A stretch of 64,000 nucleotides of DNA from Octopus vulgaris. Its lineage: Eukaryota. The notes under the pieces were generated by a model. It was not told the origin of the DNA. It worked only from the letters and a program-made list of their open reading frames with translations, and did not search any database. Shown here piece after piece: positions 37,091-51,519 of the stretch (position 1 is its first letter; each line of letters begins with the position of its first letter). Where the stretch lies: assembly GCA_951406725.2 (NCBI GenBank), contig OX597832.1, positions 44,144,001 through 44,208,000 on the forward strand. Reading direction: 5' to 3'. The translations under genes and the position numbers were made by a program.

Positions 37091-38037
37091 TGAGCTAATA
37101 AGATTTATGCTGAAATTCTCATTTAAATATGAATAGGTTATTTCAGGTGTCTACGGGTGGATTGGTAACGAAAGGGTTAATAGGCAGAAATTTCAACCAT
37201 AAATGATAACTGCTGATATAAACCTGAAGAATGAGATGTCTGGGGAATGGAAGAAGATCAAACCAGTAACTGGAACTGAATCACAGATTTAATTGTCAAT
37301 AACAAATTGATTCTATGTACAGTGTCCAACTTTCTCTAACTTAACAGTGTGAAGGCGCAAAATTTAGTGGTTAGGGAACTCAGCTCATGATGGCAAGGTC
37401 GTGAGTTCAATACAAGGTAGTGCATTGTATCCTTGAGCAAGAAACTTTATTTCATGTTGCTCCAGTTCACTCAGCTGGAAAAAATGGGCAGTATCTGTAT
37501 CTCAAGGGGCCACCCTTGTCACATTGTCTTATACTGAATCTCCTTAACCGCATTAAGGGTTGCGTGTCTGTGTAGTGCTCACACCTGCTTGCACATTAAT
37601 TTCACAAGCTGGCTGTTCCATTGATCAGACCGACTTGAATCCTTGTCATCATAACCAACAGACTCCCATTTAAACATAATAAAGTGTTATTTTACAATAG
37701 AGGCTATAACAACTGAGTATTTTGGCACTGGAGACCAGACATTGTTGCATTCAGGATTTTACAACAAGCATTCAAAACTTAATTGAAATAATTACAACCA
37801 ATAATCAAAGCCAAATTGCTGACTCATTTTCACAAGAACTCCTCAAAGAATGATAGCAAAGTTATCATGCATTAGTGAGTTCTTATCAAAAGCTGTCATA
37901 CTTCAACTCACATGATGTCAGCAACAAACTATATCATGCTAAATAAAGATAACCATGCAGAGTATATAGATATAGCATTTGTTCTAACAAATTCGGGTTA
38001 ATTTATGCATAAATGAAATTAAAATATATCCACTCAC

Positions 38038-38916
38038 ATGTTTGTATTTTATCAGTGACTGTGATTCTGAATTTGGATCAAATTTTTCTATTTTCAGCTG
38101 ATGTAATTCTGTTGAAAATTTATTATCCAAGTTCTCATGTTGTTGGCTAGATGCTGCCATCGCAGCATCAGCCAAATCGCTATCTTCTCTTATACCTGTT
38201 CTAGTTACACATTGTTTGTCATCGGGACTGTCGGTAGATGGGTCAGCAACTATGGTTTCGCTGCTAGAAAGTGAGGTGTCGTAGGGTATTAAAACCGACC
38301 CCTGTTTGCTTTCAGCAGCTAACAAGTTCTGAGGAAAGAGCTGTGAATTAGTTGATGCCATGTCATTCACATCTGTGTTATTTTGATCAACAGCCGTAAC
38401 AACAATGTTGCTTCTCAAAGAGTTTGGTAAATTGCAAGTGGAATTCTCCATAGCACAGTTATCGGACACTGAACAGGTGTTGTTTGGAATTGACAAAGGA
38501 AGTGCAACTACATCAGAATTCCATTCAGAAATGTCTGCGGGGTTTTGGTTTGTATGTTTTGTTGGAAAGGGGATGGAAACCAACTGAACCTGATGGTTGG
38601 AGACATTGCTAGAAGAATTAGGAACGACAGCGTTTTCATCATATTCTGAAACTGCAGAAACCAAATCAGAATTATTTACTATTCCAGAGTTTTGGAATGT
38701 GTTTGGAGATGACGATTGGGACTTATCATTTGACGTCGCATGGTTTAAGGATTGGTTATCTTTGTAAAGTGTGGGTAAGATTTTGTGATATGTTTGTGGG
38801 GTCTCCCTTATTTCTGTCTTCATCCTCATCTTGACTGCTTTATCAGTGCAGGTTACACCTGAACTTGCTTTTCTGGACCTAATTTTCATAGTTCTCTTGT
38901 ATTCAGATTTTATTTT
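38038..38916 (-). CDS. MGA: MGA-like large low-complexity exon (293 codons)
   Basis: 879-nt open exon, tag|...|gtgagt, phase 0-0, S/N/D-rich; overlaps ORF 37984-38889. Confidence 0.88.
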
Positions 38917-41900
38917 CTACAAAATACATAAAATTTAAAAAACAAAACTTAAAACTAGAATAATTTGAGATTCGTTTCTAACTGCATATTTCAATGAAGG
39001 TATTCTTCATGCACCTTTAGATGACATCCATTCTTTAAACTCATATGTTTAATGACTTCTTCCATGCTACCATAGGTATTATTATTTTACAGCTAGATGC
39101 CCTTCTTGCTACTAGCCCTTACCTGTTCTCAAGTAAGAGTTGTTTTTTTTTTAATCCTACTTATCCGCAAAAGCTAAAAGCCACACCATGATGACAGGGT
39201 ATGTCAATGTAATGTCACTACTTTGTTTAAGCGGTTTCACACAAAGAAATCAAAATCAAATTTGATGACTGGCATCCGTGCTAGCGGAGTGCAAAGAGCA
39301 CCACATGAGTGTGATCATTGACAGAGCGGCTAACCGACTTCCATGCCAGTGGCATGTAAAAGGCACCATTCGAGCATGATCATTACCAGCATCGCTTTAC
39401 TGGCACATGAGCCCTGTGCTAGTCGGGTATTAAGAGCACCATCCAAGCATGATCGTTGCCAGAGCGGCTAACTGGCCTCCGTGCCAGTGGCACATAAAAG
39501 GCAACATTCGAGCGTGATCGTTACCAGCATCACATTACTGGCACCTGTGCCGGTGGCATGTGTAAAAACATTAAAGCGAGGTCGTTGCCAGTATCACCTG
39601 ACTGGCCCCTGTGCCAGTGGCATGTAAAAATCACCCACTACACTCTCGGAGTGGTTGGCGTTAGGAAGGGCATCCAGCTGTAGAAACTCTGCCAGATCAA
39701 GATTGGAGCCTGGTGCAGCCATCTGGTTCGCCAGACCTCAGTCAAATCATCCAACCCATGCTAGCATGGAAAGCGGAGGTTAAACGATGATGGTGATATT
39801 GCAAAATGCAACCAACCAGTCATACACACACACACACGGAGTTTCCATTTACCACTCCATTTCCACTCACAAGATACTGACCAGCTACAGAAGAAGACAA
39901 AGATGCCAAGCAGCAAGATTGAACTCATAACTATGTGGCTGCAAAAGCAAACTTCTTGAGCGACACAGCCATGCCTGCACCATATACATACGTATCATCA
40001 TCATCACCACCACCATCAACCTCCATTAATGTTTGTTTTCCATGTTGGCATGGATCGGACAGTTTGACCAAAGCTAGCAAGCCAGGGAACCGCACCAGCT
40101 TCCAGTCTGATCTGTTTGGTTTCTACAGCTGGATGCCCTTCCAAACACCAACTTTTCATTGAGTGTGGGGTACTTTTAACATGACACTGGCACACACTCA
40201 CACACATCAGATAATAGGTATTTGCACAAACTCATTCATCAGAGTTCTCACAACATAGTTGAGTGAAACATATCAAATGACATCAATTAGTGTAAAAATA
40301 TATTGTTTCATAGACATAACCATATATAGAATACAAACCATATCGCATACCCAATGAAAAAACATGCTAATATAGATTTCTACCGTCCACCCATTATTTA
40401 CCAAAATCTGATTTTAATAGCATCATAAGATATCTATGATAATGTAGCCCTCAGCTGCAACAATACAAAGTGGACTCAGGTAAGATCACATATGTTCCTA
40501 ACCTCCTGCCATACAATGGTAAAAAATTATTACGATATTATCTGGTTCACACTTTCTGTCTCCTTAAATGTCAAGTCTAACATTGCTAGAAATTTCTTAG
40601 CCTAAATAAAATAAGCACTTCCCTATCAACCAGCAATACAGATATCTATTTACTAGTAATAACATTAAAGTGGGTAACAGCTGTTCCACCAACATAAACT
40701 AAATATATATACCAATGCTAAATGTTAAAGCCAAAATACATATACATGTTCCCCTAATCATGGAACACTGAAAGATTTATCTAAGAAGACACCTCCACCA
40801 AACTAAACCAAACCTAAACATCAACAATAAACACTTTGATTCTTCAATTATACATTTTCCTTCAGAAATATATAATAAGAATGCAACACAACTATCAAAT
40901 TACATCTGGTGCTTTCAAGAACATAGTATCCACATTCAAAATCAAGAGGGAGATCCCTGAAATATGCATTCCACAGAGAAATAATACAAAATGTGGGCTA
41001 TGTGTAACAAAAAAAAGATTCATACTTAATAAAGTTTTAGAAATCTGCAAACAATGTCAGATCAGAGATCTTCACCAAATGTGATCACTTCGTTAAATAT
41101 CTACTAAAATATTGCAACATTATACCACAACCAAAAGTTTAGTATCATACTGAATGTATCAACACTAAACTATTTACCAATCAAACTGTTGTGGAGTGAA
41201 CTGACACCCCCACATGTGACTGTCAATGAACTGAAAGAGTCTTATAAATAGATGAGACAGTAGACAGTTGAGGTCGAACTGTGAGGATGTTAGTCTCATT
41301 ATTGATTCTATATTAGAGTATTGAATTGTTATTGCGTGAATGGTTATAATAAGATAACCAACTCTTGTTACATTGCTTATAGTCATACAGCTATATTTGG
41401 TACAGTGATATATTATTACACACATACACATCATATATCGTTACTGATGATGTAACATTATTCCTCTCTGAAGATTTAATCTACTACAGACACTCCTGAT
41501 CTCTAAGGTGACTGACCTTTATGCTATCAGTCCCTTTCCTATATAAAAATACACACACCAATACTGTGATAATTTCAATGCCCTAACTTTCTGCATCTAC
41601 TATCAACCCCAAATTGAACAAGCTGAGGACTAAAAGAACTTTTGCCATGAATATATAGTTTTTTCAATACTGTATAACTAGGACCAAATTAAACAATGTT
41701 ATTTCCTTATTTAAGATGTCAAGATGGGTGCAACACACCCTTAACAATGGTCAGCTGATAACAGAGAGAGAAAACAGAACTGAAGATGAAAATTTTTTAC
41801 TGTGTCAAAATGTCCTGGAAATAAAGCTTTTGATGTCAAATACGTCAGTGTCAAATACGTCAGTGTCAAATCAGTGGCACCAAAACACCTGTACCAAGAT

Positions 41901-43553
41901 GCCTCCTGCCTATTGTGGGTCCTTGTATGTGTGTTTCTATGTTTCCAAGTGTCTTCACACTTATGGAAGCACTCCGTCGGTTATGACGACGAGGGTTCCG
42001 GTTGATCCGAATCAACGGAACAGCCTGCTCGTGAAATTAACGTGTAAGTGGCTGAGCACTCCACAGACACGTGCACCCTTAACGTAGTTCTCAGGGATAT
42101 TCAGCGTGACACAGAGAGTGACAAGGCCGGCCCTTTGAAATACAGGTACAACAGAAACAGGAAGTAAGAGTGAGAGAAAGTTGTGGTGAAAGAGTACAGC
42201 AGGGATCACCACCACCCCCTGCCGGAGCCTCGTGGAGCTTTAGGTGTTTTCGCTCAATAAACACTCACAACGCCCGGTCTGGGAAGCGAAACCGCAAGTC
42301 CGCTGCCCTAACCACTGGGCCATTGCGCCTCCACGTCTTCACACTATCAACCACTGAGAGTACAAACAGTGACATTGTTTATGTGTCTCATGGCAATTTG
42401 CTGTACTTGATAAGACATGCACAGCTAAGTAAAATCTCTGTCTTCCTCACATACAGGCTTGTCCTTTACAGGTGCCAGTGTCACTTAAAAAGCACCCAGC
42501 AGACTCAAGTGGTTGGTATTAGGAAGGGTACCCAACCTTAGAAACCATGCCACAACAGATAGTTGGAGCCTGGACAGCTCCCTGCTAACCAGCTCCCTGT
42601 CAAACCATCCAACCCATGCCAGCATGGAGAGCAGATGTTAAAACGATGATAAACTAATGACCTAGTTTTGTGACACGTGGAGACCATTAGTAGCAGTAGT
42701 GGTAGTAGTATGGTGGTATGTGTTGAAGGCGATGAGCTGGCAGAAACGTTAGCACGCTGGGCGAAATGCTTTGCGGTATTTCGTCTGCCGTTACGTTCTG
42801 AGTTCAAATTCCGCCGAGGTCAACTTTGCCTTTCATTCTTTCGGGGTCGATAAATTAAGTACCAGTTACGCACTGGGGTCGATGTAATCGACTTAATCCG
42901 TTTGTCTGTCCTTGTTTGTCCCCTCTGTGTTTAGCCCCTTGTGGTTAATAAAGGAATAGGTATGTGTTGTAACAGCATGTCACTGCATCCAGCATTTGTT
43001 GGTAATTACCTATGACTCCCAGCAGGTGACACCTTTTCACCACTTCGGTGACAACCTTTCAAACCCATGGGTCTCTTTTGGGTAGGGTAGGTTGTTGCTG
43101 GTAAAGGTGTTATGAGGTCAGAGCGCAAATCTTACCGCAACCTCTTTTAGTCACCTTTCGTGACACACAAAAGAAATACTGGGTCTATTCTTTAGCATGC
43201 CGGTTCCCACACTAGAGCAACATGAAATGAAGTGTTTTGTTCAAGGACACAACAACGCTGCCTAGTCCAGGAACTCAGCCACAATTCAAGGCGATCAAGA
43301 ACGCAACACCTTAACCACTAGGCTAGATGCCTACACAAAAACCAGTGAAAGAAAGAGAAAAAGAAGAAAAGAGCACTGGTCATACTGACTTAGGTACTCT
43401 CACCTGGTTGACGCCAACATGGAGAAAGCAAAAGTACAAAATAATGAACATATTGATTATAAAACTACAAAATAGATAAGCTACTACTAATACTGCTACT
43501 ACTACTTAATTAAAATGAGTAAGATGTGACAAATATATAAAATATTAAATTAC

Positions 43554-43862
43554 CTCATTTCCTGCTTCGGACAATCGAGTATGGCACCTTCTAACAGGTA
43601 AATCTTGTACTGGTTCTTTCTTCACTGCCTTTGCTAATCTCTCCTTTGACCTCAGCAGCCAGCCAGACTGAGTAACGTAGGCTTCTTCCTTCATTTCTCG
43701 ATTACTCTGTCTCATTGACTGGCTACGTGTGTCCAGCAGTTTTACTTGTTTCGATCTTAGAGACCAACTTTTGTGATAAACGGGCTTTCTACTGGCCATA
43801 CGCAACCTTTTGGCTATGCTTGTTTCCTTAGCATTTTGCTGTAATTCTTTATTCCCGACATT
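43554..43862 (-). CDS. MGA: MGA-like exon
   Basis: phase 0-0; NVGNKELQQNAKETSIAKRLRMASRKPVYHKSWSLRS...RLSEAGNE. Confidence 0.83.
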
Positions 43863-44957
43863 CTAAAACCATAAAAAAGAATTTTTTAATACATAAAATT
43901 CTGGTGATTGTCAATGATTTGAATATCGTTAATTCTCTAAGAAAATTGGCCAGAATATCAACCTGATTAGAAGCATTTCCCATTACCATATAAACGTTGT
44001 ATTAGCTTTTTTGCTAAATACAGAATCCACCTCAGTTATGCCAAGTACCTTTAGAACTATACTTAGTATCTCAAGTGATTAACTCTTTAGTATTCTGATT
44101 ACCCTGTTAAATGTAAGGTGCATTTATTCACACTGGTTTGAAATAATCATGCATTATCTCACAGATTTGGGATTTTGATGACGTAAATGTTTATTTTTAG
44201 AATGACATTGGAGGGCAGTTTTTATATTTTTAGGTAAATTGTTTTATTTTCTGAATTACATTGTAGAGCAGTCTGGCTAGGCTTTAAAAAGGGCACATTT
44301 ATTTTTATTTTTAAACCACTCTACATAGTATTTTTAACCTTTTGACAGATCCTCATTCCAGAGTCTGGTGGCTGCTAAATAAACTACAGATACAGATAAA
44401 ATGTCTTGTTAGATATGTGTAACCAATGAAGAGGTGATGTCTGCAAGTAGTATATAGTGGGCTTCATTTCGAGTCCTCTTCTGTTTGACCCCTTAGCATT
44501 CAGGTTTCTCTATCAAATGAAATGCTTATTTATTCACCTTGTTTTGAATCCATTTATCATCTCATAGTTTTTGAGATTTCAAATGATATGATTGTTTAGT
44601 TTTAAAATGAGATTGCTGTGAGAAGCCGGGTCTGGTTGGTTTGAACACAAAACAAATAGAATATTGAGGCTGGACACAGCCAGTTTAAATGCTGAAGGGT
44701 TAATATAGTCCTTCAGACTAAAGACGGGAGTTTAAGACTGGCTCCCTATGGGAGGTTCTGTATACATGAGAAAATGTCAATATGTGACTTGAGGGAAAAA
44801 TCAACTGATTTTTTTTTTTCTTGGAAATCTTGTTCTTTCTTGCCATCACAAAGAATACCTCTTTGGTGATCGTCAAGCAACTGCACTGAGGTATTTTAGT
44901 TGGCTGTTATTTTACTGAACTCAGAAACGTGAAACAAGAAGTGAACAGAGGACTTAC

Positions 44958-45177
44958 ATAGTTTTCTGTGTCTTCCTTGGGTACCATTTTCCTTGTCACA
45001 ACACCAAACTGCTTGCAGTGCTTGTTACCATTAACTTGGTCAATTTCAACAACACAGTTTTCTATACTCTGGCCAGGGTATGCATAAGGATCTGATGTGT
45101 GGCCAGAGTGCTCACTTGATTTCTCACTATTTTCAGTACTCAGATGTCTGTTGCTGCTTCCTCGAAGAGAATACGTT
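44958..45177 (-). CDS. MGA: MGA-like exon
   Basis: phase 2-0; TYSLRGSSNRHLSTENSEK...VPKEDTENY|gtaagt. Confidence 0.82.
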
Positions 45178-46914
45178 CTAAGAACAGAAACAAACAAACA
45201 GAAAAACATATATATATATATAGGTATGTTTAGAGTGTAACAGATTTTTTTAAAGAAATAACCAACAATAAAGTAGCCATACCATTCTATATTGACCACT
45301 GCAGACCAGTACAGTAGGTGTCTGTGACATAGTGCTTTATATCTCATCACAAAATAACCACAACAGTGACGGTCTTACATTCCATCAGGCACTGACACTT
45401 AGAGAACTGTCTAGAAGCTATGAAGAGCACAGCTCACATCCCATCACACACTCACCATTGTTCTTAGCTGACACTAAACCTTAGAGAAAAAAACAAAAAC
45501 AAACCAACACACATCGTTAACAGAAAATAAAGTTTAAAATGAGAAGAAAAAAAAAGGTAGCTGAGTGGTATTATAATACTGAACTTACTAGTTTACGGTG
45601 TGAAGTCTTCACATTCTGTGGTTGGTGTTAGTGGAAGGTTGTCAGTTACACAAGCACTGGCTCACTCACAAAATGCCACCGTGGCTCGGAATGGTTGCTA
45701 CGATGGCAGCTGTGACCAGGCAAACCTTATCTAAGCCGTGTAAGCATGGAAAAACAAACAATAAATGAAATGGTGATGGTGATGGTCACAATGATATGGT
45801 CAATGATGATGATGGTGATGAGTTGAAGTCTTGTCAGAAGAGTTCACTGTACATCCAACTGGGATAGTGTACCAGTTGTATGTTGGACGGCGAGGAAAGG
45901 GGGACAGTGGCCAAAAAAGAACCCCTAAAAAACCTGGGTATCGAGTCACTACAGTTGTCCCCTACCCACTAAACATAAAAGTCAGTGGAAAGGAAAATTT
46001 AGTCATTTCTGATTAATAGTCAACTAAATTTATTTCTTAAGAACAGCAACATAGAATAGTGACAACACCATTTGACAAATATTGCTTCCTCATTCTATAA
46101 GAATCCAGCCATCTCAGGCTATAGATTTATTCTCTGCAGATGAGAATGGAAGGCATTTCGGCAGTATTTGTGATCTACTGAAATAATTAAAGTAAGCAAA
46201 GACAGTCTTGCTTTGCTTTTTTCATCACAATGCCCATCAAAATAAGACATTAGATTCAAGTTTAGGTATTTGAAAATAAAACTGGTTCAGAAAACAAATT
46301 TCATTGTGAGTTTCTAAGGATAAAGGTTCAAGTTAACAAGAGTGAGTCTATGTAGTCACTTGATCTGATAAATGAAGCAGTTAAATCTACTTCAACAAAC
46401 TTTTTAGCATTTATTTTAAAAATAGGTACATATTTTTGAAAAGTTTATCTACAAAAGAAGCTGGCCATGGATGAAAGCCTTCTGAACAATCTATGTTGTT
46501 TCAAAATCAGCAAGCTGGCCTTCTTATAAAAACAGAAGTGACTTTATACAGAAACCTCCAATGTTTCCAAGTCTGTATGTAAAAGGCTCTGCCTCACCAT
46601 CTTACACAGGAAGAGACTTTCTCTAACGCTAAGTGTCATCGTGTTTCTCTCGTTAAGGGTAGATTAGAAACCAAATCAATTTCAGAAACCCTTCAACAAC
46701 AGAATTAATTGATGCCATATCAAAAAAAAAAAGCCAAAGTGAATTCTGAAGCAACTCAAGACACAGTTGCAACAAAAACCCACGATTGAAATATATTGAA
46801 TGAGCTAATTAACTGACGTTGTGGTACAACATCGTCAGTAGCTTCGTTACTGTAGAAAGGTTATCAGAACAAGTGACAAGTATTTGCAGTTGGGAGGATA
46901 AATAATTGGTATAC

Positions 46915-46964
46915 CGTTTAAATGGTGTTGAAGATTTGGAATTCTCCTTCTCACTGCCAGAAGC
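46915..46964 (-). CDS. MGA: MGA-like short exon
   Basis: cag|ASGSEKENSKSSTPFK(R)|gtatac, phase 0-2; supplies the phase change needed between flanking exons; donor is weak. Confidence 0.7.
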
Positions 46965-49141
46965 CTGAAGCAAGAAGTGGAAAAGTTACCAACATAGAAT
47001 TGTCAAACGATGAAAAATAATGCTTCATGAAATTAATGATATCATTTGTTATTCCTTGTTTACAAGCAAGCATATATTCCCTGAATAAAGATATAGAAAC
47101 AGGGGACATTCACCCACAATCATACACTCTGAACAGATATATATAAAGAGAACTACAACCCCTGTTCATACACGCTGAATAAAAAATATATAGCTGGGGA
47201 GAACCATACCCCTACCCTAAACAGCAGAGTAGTAATATGTACATACAAACATACGTTAAGTGATACAAATAAAAGCAAGCAACCTTTACTCTGCACTGAG
47301 AGCCTTCTTGTCATACAATGATTCAAGGGTGGATTACACCACAGAAGTTTGATTTTTGTCCTCTATTACCTTTCTCAGGGCACTAAGTGGGATTCATATA
47401 CATACTGTATATCAGGATGCAAGCTAAACTCTGACTAGTTCATATACATACATACACACAAAATGCTTCTCCTATAAACAATGAACCCAGCTGGATGTTA
47501 AAGAATTTTTTTTAAAGACTCTTTGACACAAAAATTTCAAGAAATGGAAAATGTTGGTGTTGGTGATAATAATCTTTACTTGACATATTCAGTATTCTTC
47601 ATTTTGTTTGTAAAACTGGCATCCAAATATTATAATATCCATATTTGCACATATATGCAAATTATACACATTCATATTCACACATATATGCAAACTCTTA
47701 AAATTATACAGAAACGCACAAACACACACACACACACAAGCAGATATATGAATTGTTTCATTTGTATCGACCTACAGTAAATTAATCTATGTGGATTTCA
47801 TAAAACTCTCACCCAAAAATCTTATTACGATATTTATATCTACGCTACATTTCAACTGGTTTGCTTTTCAATCATCACCAGGTGTCTTACTGGGTCATAT
47901 ATACATAGTCTTAAGCTGGATTTAAGCATCCTAATCCACTGAGCCTAGTGCATGTTCTTTACCAGGTGATGGATTGAGTCTACCACCAAAACAGGTCATA
48001 GTGGGATCTGAACACAGAATGTCAAGAGCCAGGACAGGTACCCCAAGGAGTCCCATCCAACATTCTTGAAGTTCTGCCAATCCCTTGCCCTAAACAGGTA
48101 CTTTTTTTTTTTTTTTAATCCTCAAAAAAAGACGAAAGGCAAGCCTGACCTCGGTGAGAGTTGAACTTAGAGTGTCAGGGTTAGGAAAAGAAAGTAGAGC
48201 CAGGAATTCTATTGGACACTTGAATGACTTCACCAATTCACTTTGTACACATCCAGAAATAAGGCACCTAGTAATGACCAAGAGATCAAAACTGATTGAA
48301 ACATTGTAGTATTTGAAACATTGTAGTACCATCCGAACATGGCTAATGCCAGCACCACCAGGTCATAGTGCTAGTGCATGCATATACAGCTGCGTGCGTG
48401 CGCACATACACGCGAGTACTGTCCAAATCTCCGACCAATCACATACAGCTAGCTGGCATTCTATTGGCGTATCAAGTTTTGAGCATTTTGATTGGGTTTT
48501 GGATAGAAAATTCACCAAAAAAAGTCACTTCCATTGATTTTTTAATGGCTTTGCAGGGTGACTGGGGAAATGTAAAGATGTGCACGACCATCCTTGGACG
48601 GTTTTGAATGACCATAGAAAGTGCGAGCCCTCTAACTGAAAAATTGTGGATTTGTATAAAGGACACACACACACAGACAGACATTTTGCCGTCTATATAT
48701 ATAGAGATAAATTTTAACAACAAAATCTTATATGGGCCCCGAAAGGCCATATGGACACTGACTGAGAACCACCAGCTTAGAGAAACAAAACTGCTTTAAC
48801 TCAGGCTGTTGAAATTCATTTTGAGAACAAGATGTTATTATGGGCTTATGATTATTTCTAAATTAAATTACATCGTTATATTAGTGATTAAAAATGGGGC
48901 ACATGAAAGTGTTTGTAAAATTGTTCTTGTTGTTTTGAAGATTATTATGTTGTTCTGGTATACAAAACTGCTTAAACATTGGATGTGATGTATGTTGTAA
49001 ACTCTGTGATTTGCTATAACAGTATTTTAAACTAAGTTTTCTTTATATGATAGGGAAATGGCAAAAAAGAAAAAAACGTTTGTGTTGTTACCCCTCAGTA
49101 AACACAGCTATTGTATCTATGTAAATTAACCGTTCCATTAC

Positions 49142-49219
49142 CTTGCCTCGCACTGACTTTGTGCTCCTACAAGAAAACTTTCTCCTGGATCCAGCAACAT
49201 GTGAGCGCAATGAAGATTG
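49142..49219 (-). CDS. MGA: MGA-like exon
   Basis: strong pyrimidine tract, cag|QSSLRSHVAGSRRKFSCRSTKSVRGK|gtaatg, phase 0-0. Confidence 0.72.
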
Positions 49220-50412
49220 CTGGTTTCAGAAACCAAAAGAAAAAAAAGAAAGACAAAAGAAGTTTGAGATGAGGGGAAAAGAACTTTAAGGACTTTCTGA
49301 AAATTGCATAAACTATTTGTCAATCAACACATTAGCAAGCACACATATACATAAAGCACAATTAGCTACAATTATAACAATCCCTGTAAGATATTGTTCG
49401 CACGCTAGCTGTTCCAACCTTTTGGAAGTCTCATCAGCCACTTCCAACTTTAGTACGATAATGTTTGTGAGCACAGCTAGTTGCTGATTTATTGGATCTC
49501 TTAAGAGTAAACCAGCGGACAAATTAATATTACTGCGGTTTAAAAGTGTAAACTGTTATTCACAAGAAGTAAAAACATGTTTGTAATGCAACACAAATTA
49601 CGGTTGCCACTTTTATTTTACTCAAAGTTGAATCATCACAAGCTATTACATGGTAGTTAAGAACAAGTGCTTAAAAGATTTGAGCAGAAGAGGCTACATG
49701 ATTGAGATTACTGTGCTTTATATACATACACACAAACACACTATATACATATATATATACTGAACAATAAGAATGAGTGCTCAACACAGCATTGGTGGAT
49801 AAAGATTTGTTGATTAAGGCTACCATTGGTTTCATGTTATGAAAGCCCTTAACAATTATCAAGTCTTGGTGTGTTAATAAAAAATGAAGACAAACACTGA
49901 TGTTCAATGTGATCATCATTATCATCATCATTGTGTAATGTCCGTTTTCCATGCTAGCATGGGTTGGACAGTTCAGTCGGGGTCTGAGAAGCCAGGAAGC
50001 TGCACCAGGCTCCAGTCTTATCTGGCATTGTTTCTACAGCTGGATGCCCTTCCTAACACCAAACACTCCGTGAGTGTAGTGGGTGCTTTCTATGTGCCAC
50101 TGGCACAGGGGCCAAAGGAGGCTGGCAACGGCCACAATCAGATGGTGCTATTTATGTGCCATCAACACAGAAGCCAGCCAAGGCGGTGCTGGCATCAGAT
50201 ATGTTCGGATGGTGCTTTTTACGCGCCACTGACACAGGTATCACAACTACAATTTCCATTTAATTTTTATTTTGATGTTGATGTACTTGACTCAATAGTT
50301 CTCCTCAAACACAGCAGGTCGTCCCACCATAGGTATGATAATTGTTAAGGGCTTCCTTACCATAAAAACAATGGTAGCCTTAAGCCACAAATAAAGTGTG
50401 CGTGTGCACAAA

Positions 50413-50632
50413 TACAGTGATATTTTATACATTCATGTACATTCTAATGTGGGAAGACCTTTCACCGAGAAAATAGTCTCTAGTCTTAAAAGGAATTTCT
50501 CCCCATAGACAACCTCGATGTATGTATACACAGTTTTCTAAGAGGAGAAATTTGTCCGGCAACTATTTATGGGACACGAGGTTTCTTCCCACTTTTGAAT
50601 GTACACAAACGAGGTAAATAAATATCATTGTA
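50413..50632. mobile_element. degenerate fold-back MITE
   Basis: TACAGTGATATT...TGTACATTC..GTGGGAAGA mirrored by TCTTCCCAC..GAATGTACA...AATATCATTGTA. Confidence 0.6.
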
Positions 50633-50665
50633 CGAGCATATATTTTATTCAACACTGCTTTGTGT

Positions 50666-50717
<52 letters not shown>

Positions 50718-51519
50718 ATCATCATCATCATCATCGTCGTTTAGCGTCCGTTTTCCATGCTAGCATGGGTTGGACGGTTCTACTGGGGTCTGTGAAGCCA
50801 GAAGGCTTCATCAGGCCCAGTCAAATCTGGCAGTGTTTCTACGGCTGGATGCCCTTCCTAACGCCAACCACTCCGTGAGTGTAGTGGGTGCTTTATGTAT
50901 ATATATATATATATGTACGTATGTATAAAACAGTCCTAATGCCTAATGAATATAACTCCTAACTCTCAAAATACCATGCTAGCATACAAATTCATGTATA
51001 CCAATTGACAATTATTTCATGCATTTAAAAAAGAAGATAACATGTCAGTGAAGACTAGAGAAAGATAATGTACAGTGTACGTTGTAGATAGATTCAAAAA
51101 TGTAAAGTGCCAAGATAAATACCAATGATAAAAGACTTCTAAGTTCAGCAGATTTAAAGTTGAATGAGAATTCTAAATGTTTCTGATGATATAATACTGT
51201 ATCTTATATATTATTTAGAGCTGAGATATCCAATATATTTCTAAGATTCTCTATGCAACATATTTAGCAATACTATATTTCATATCATATCCAATATATC
51301 CAATACCATATCTGATGCTTTATCCAGTATATTAACACTCGTTTTATTCAAGATATCTAATAATGCTTCATTCACTAAACAAACGTGGTGATTTCCTCAC
51401 AAATTGATTGCATGATCTTGGTTTGATGTTGTCATTGCCATTTCACTTAACACAGCAAATATAATTTGTGAATGGTAAAAGTAACTCCCATTGCCTTCAT
51501 TCTCTACCTCTGGTCATTA

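Noticed and set aside
46812-46839. Small hairpin ACTGACG...CGTCAGT near a weak donor
   Set aside because: Short enough to be chance; no further support
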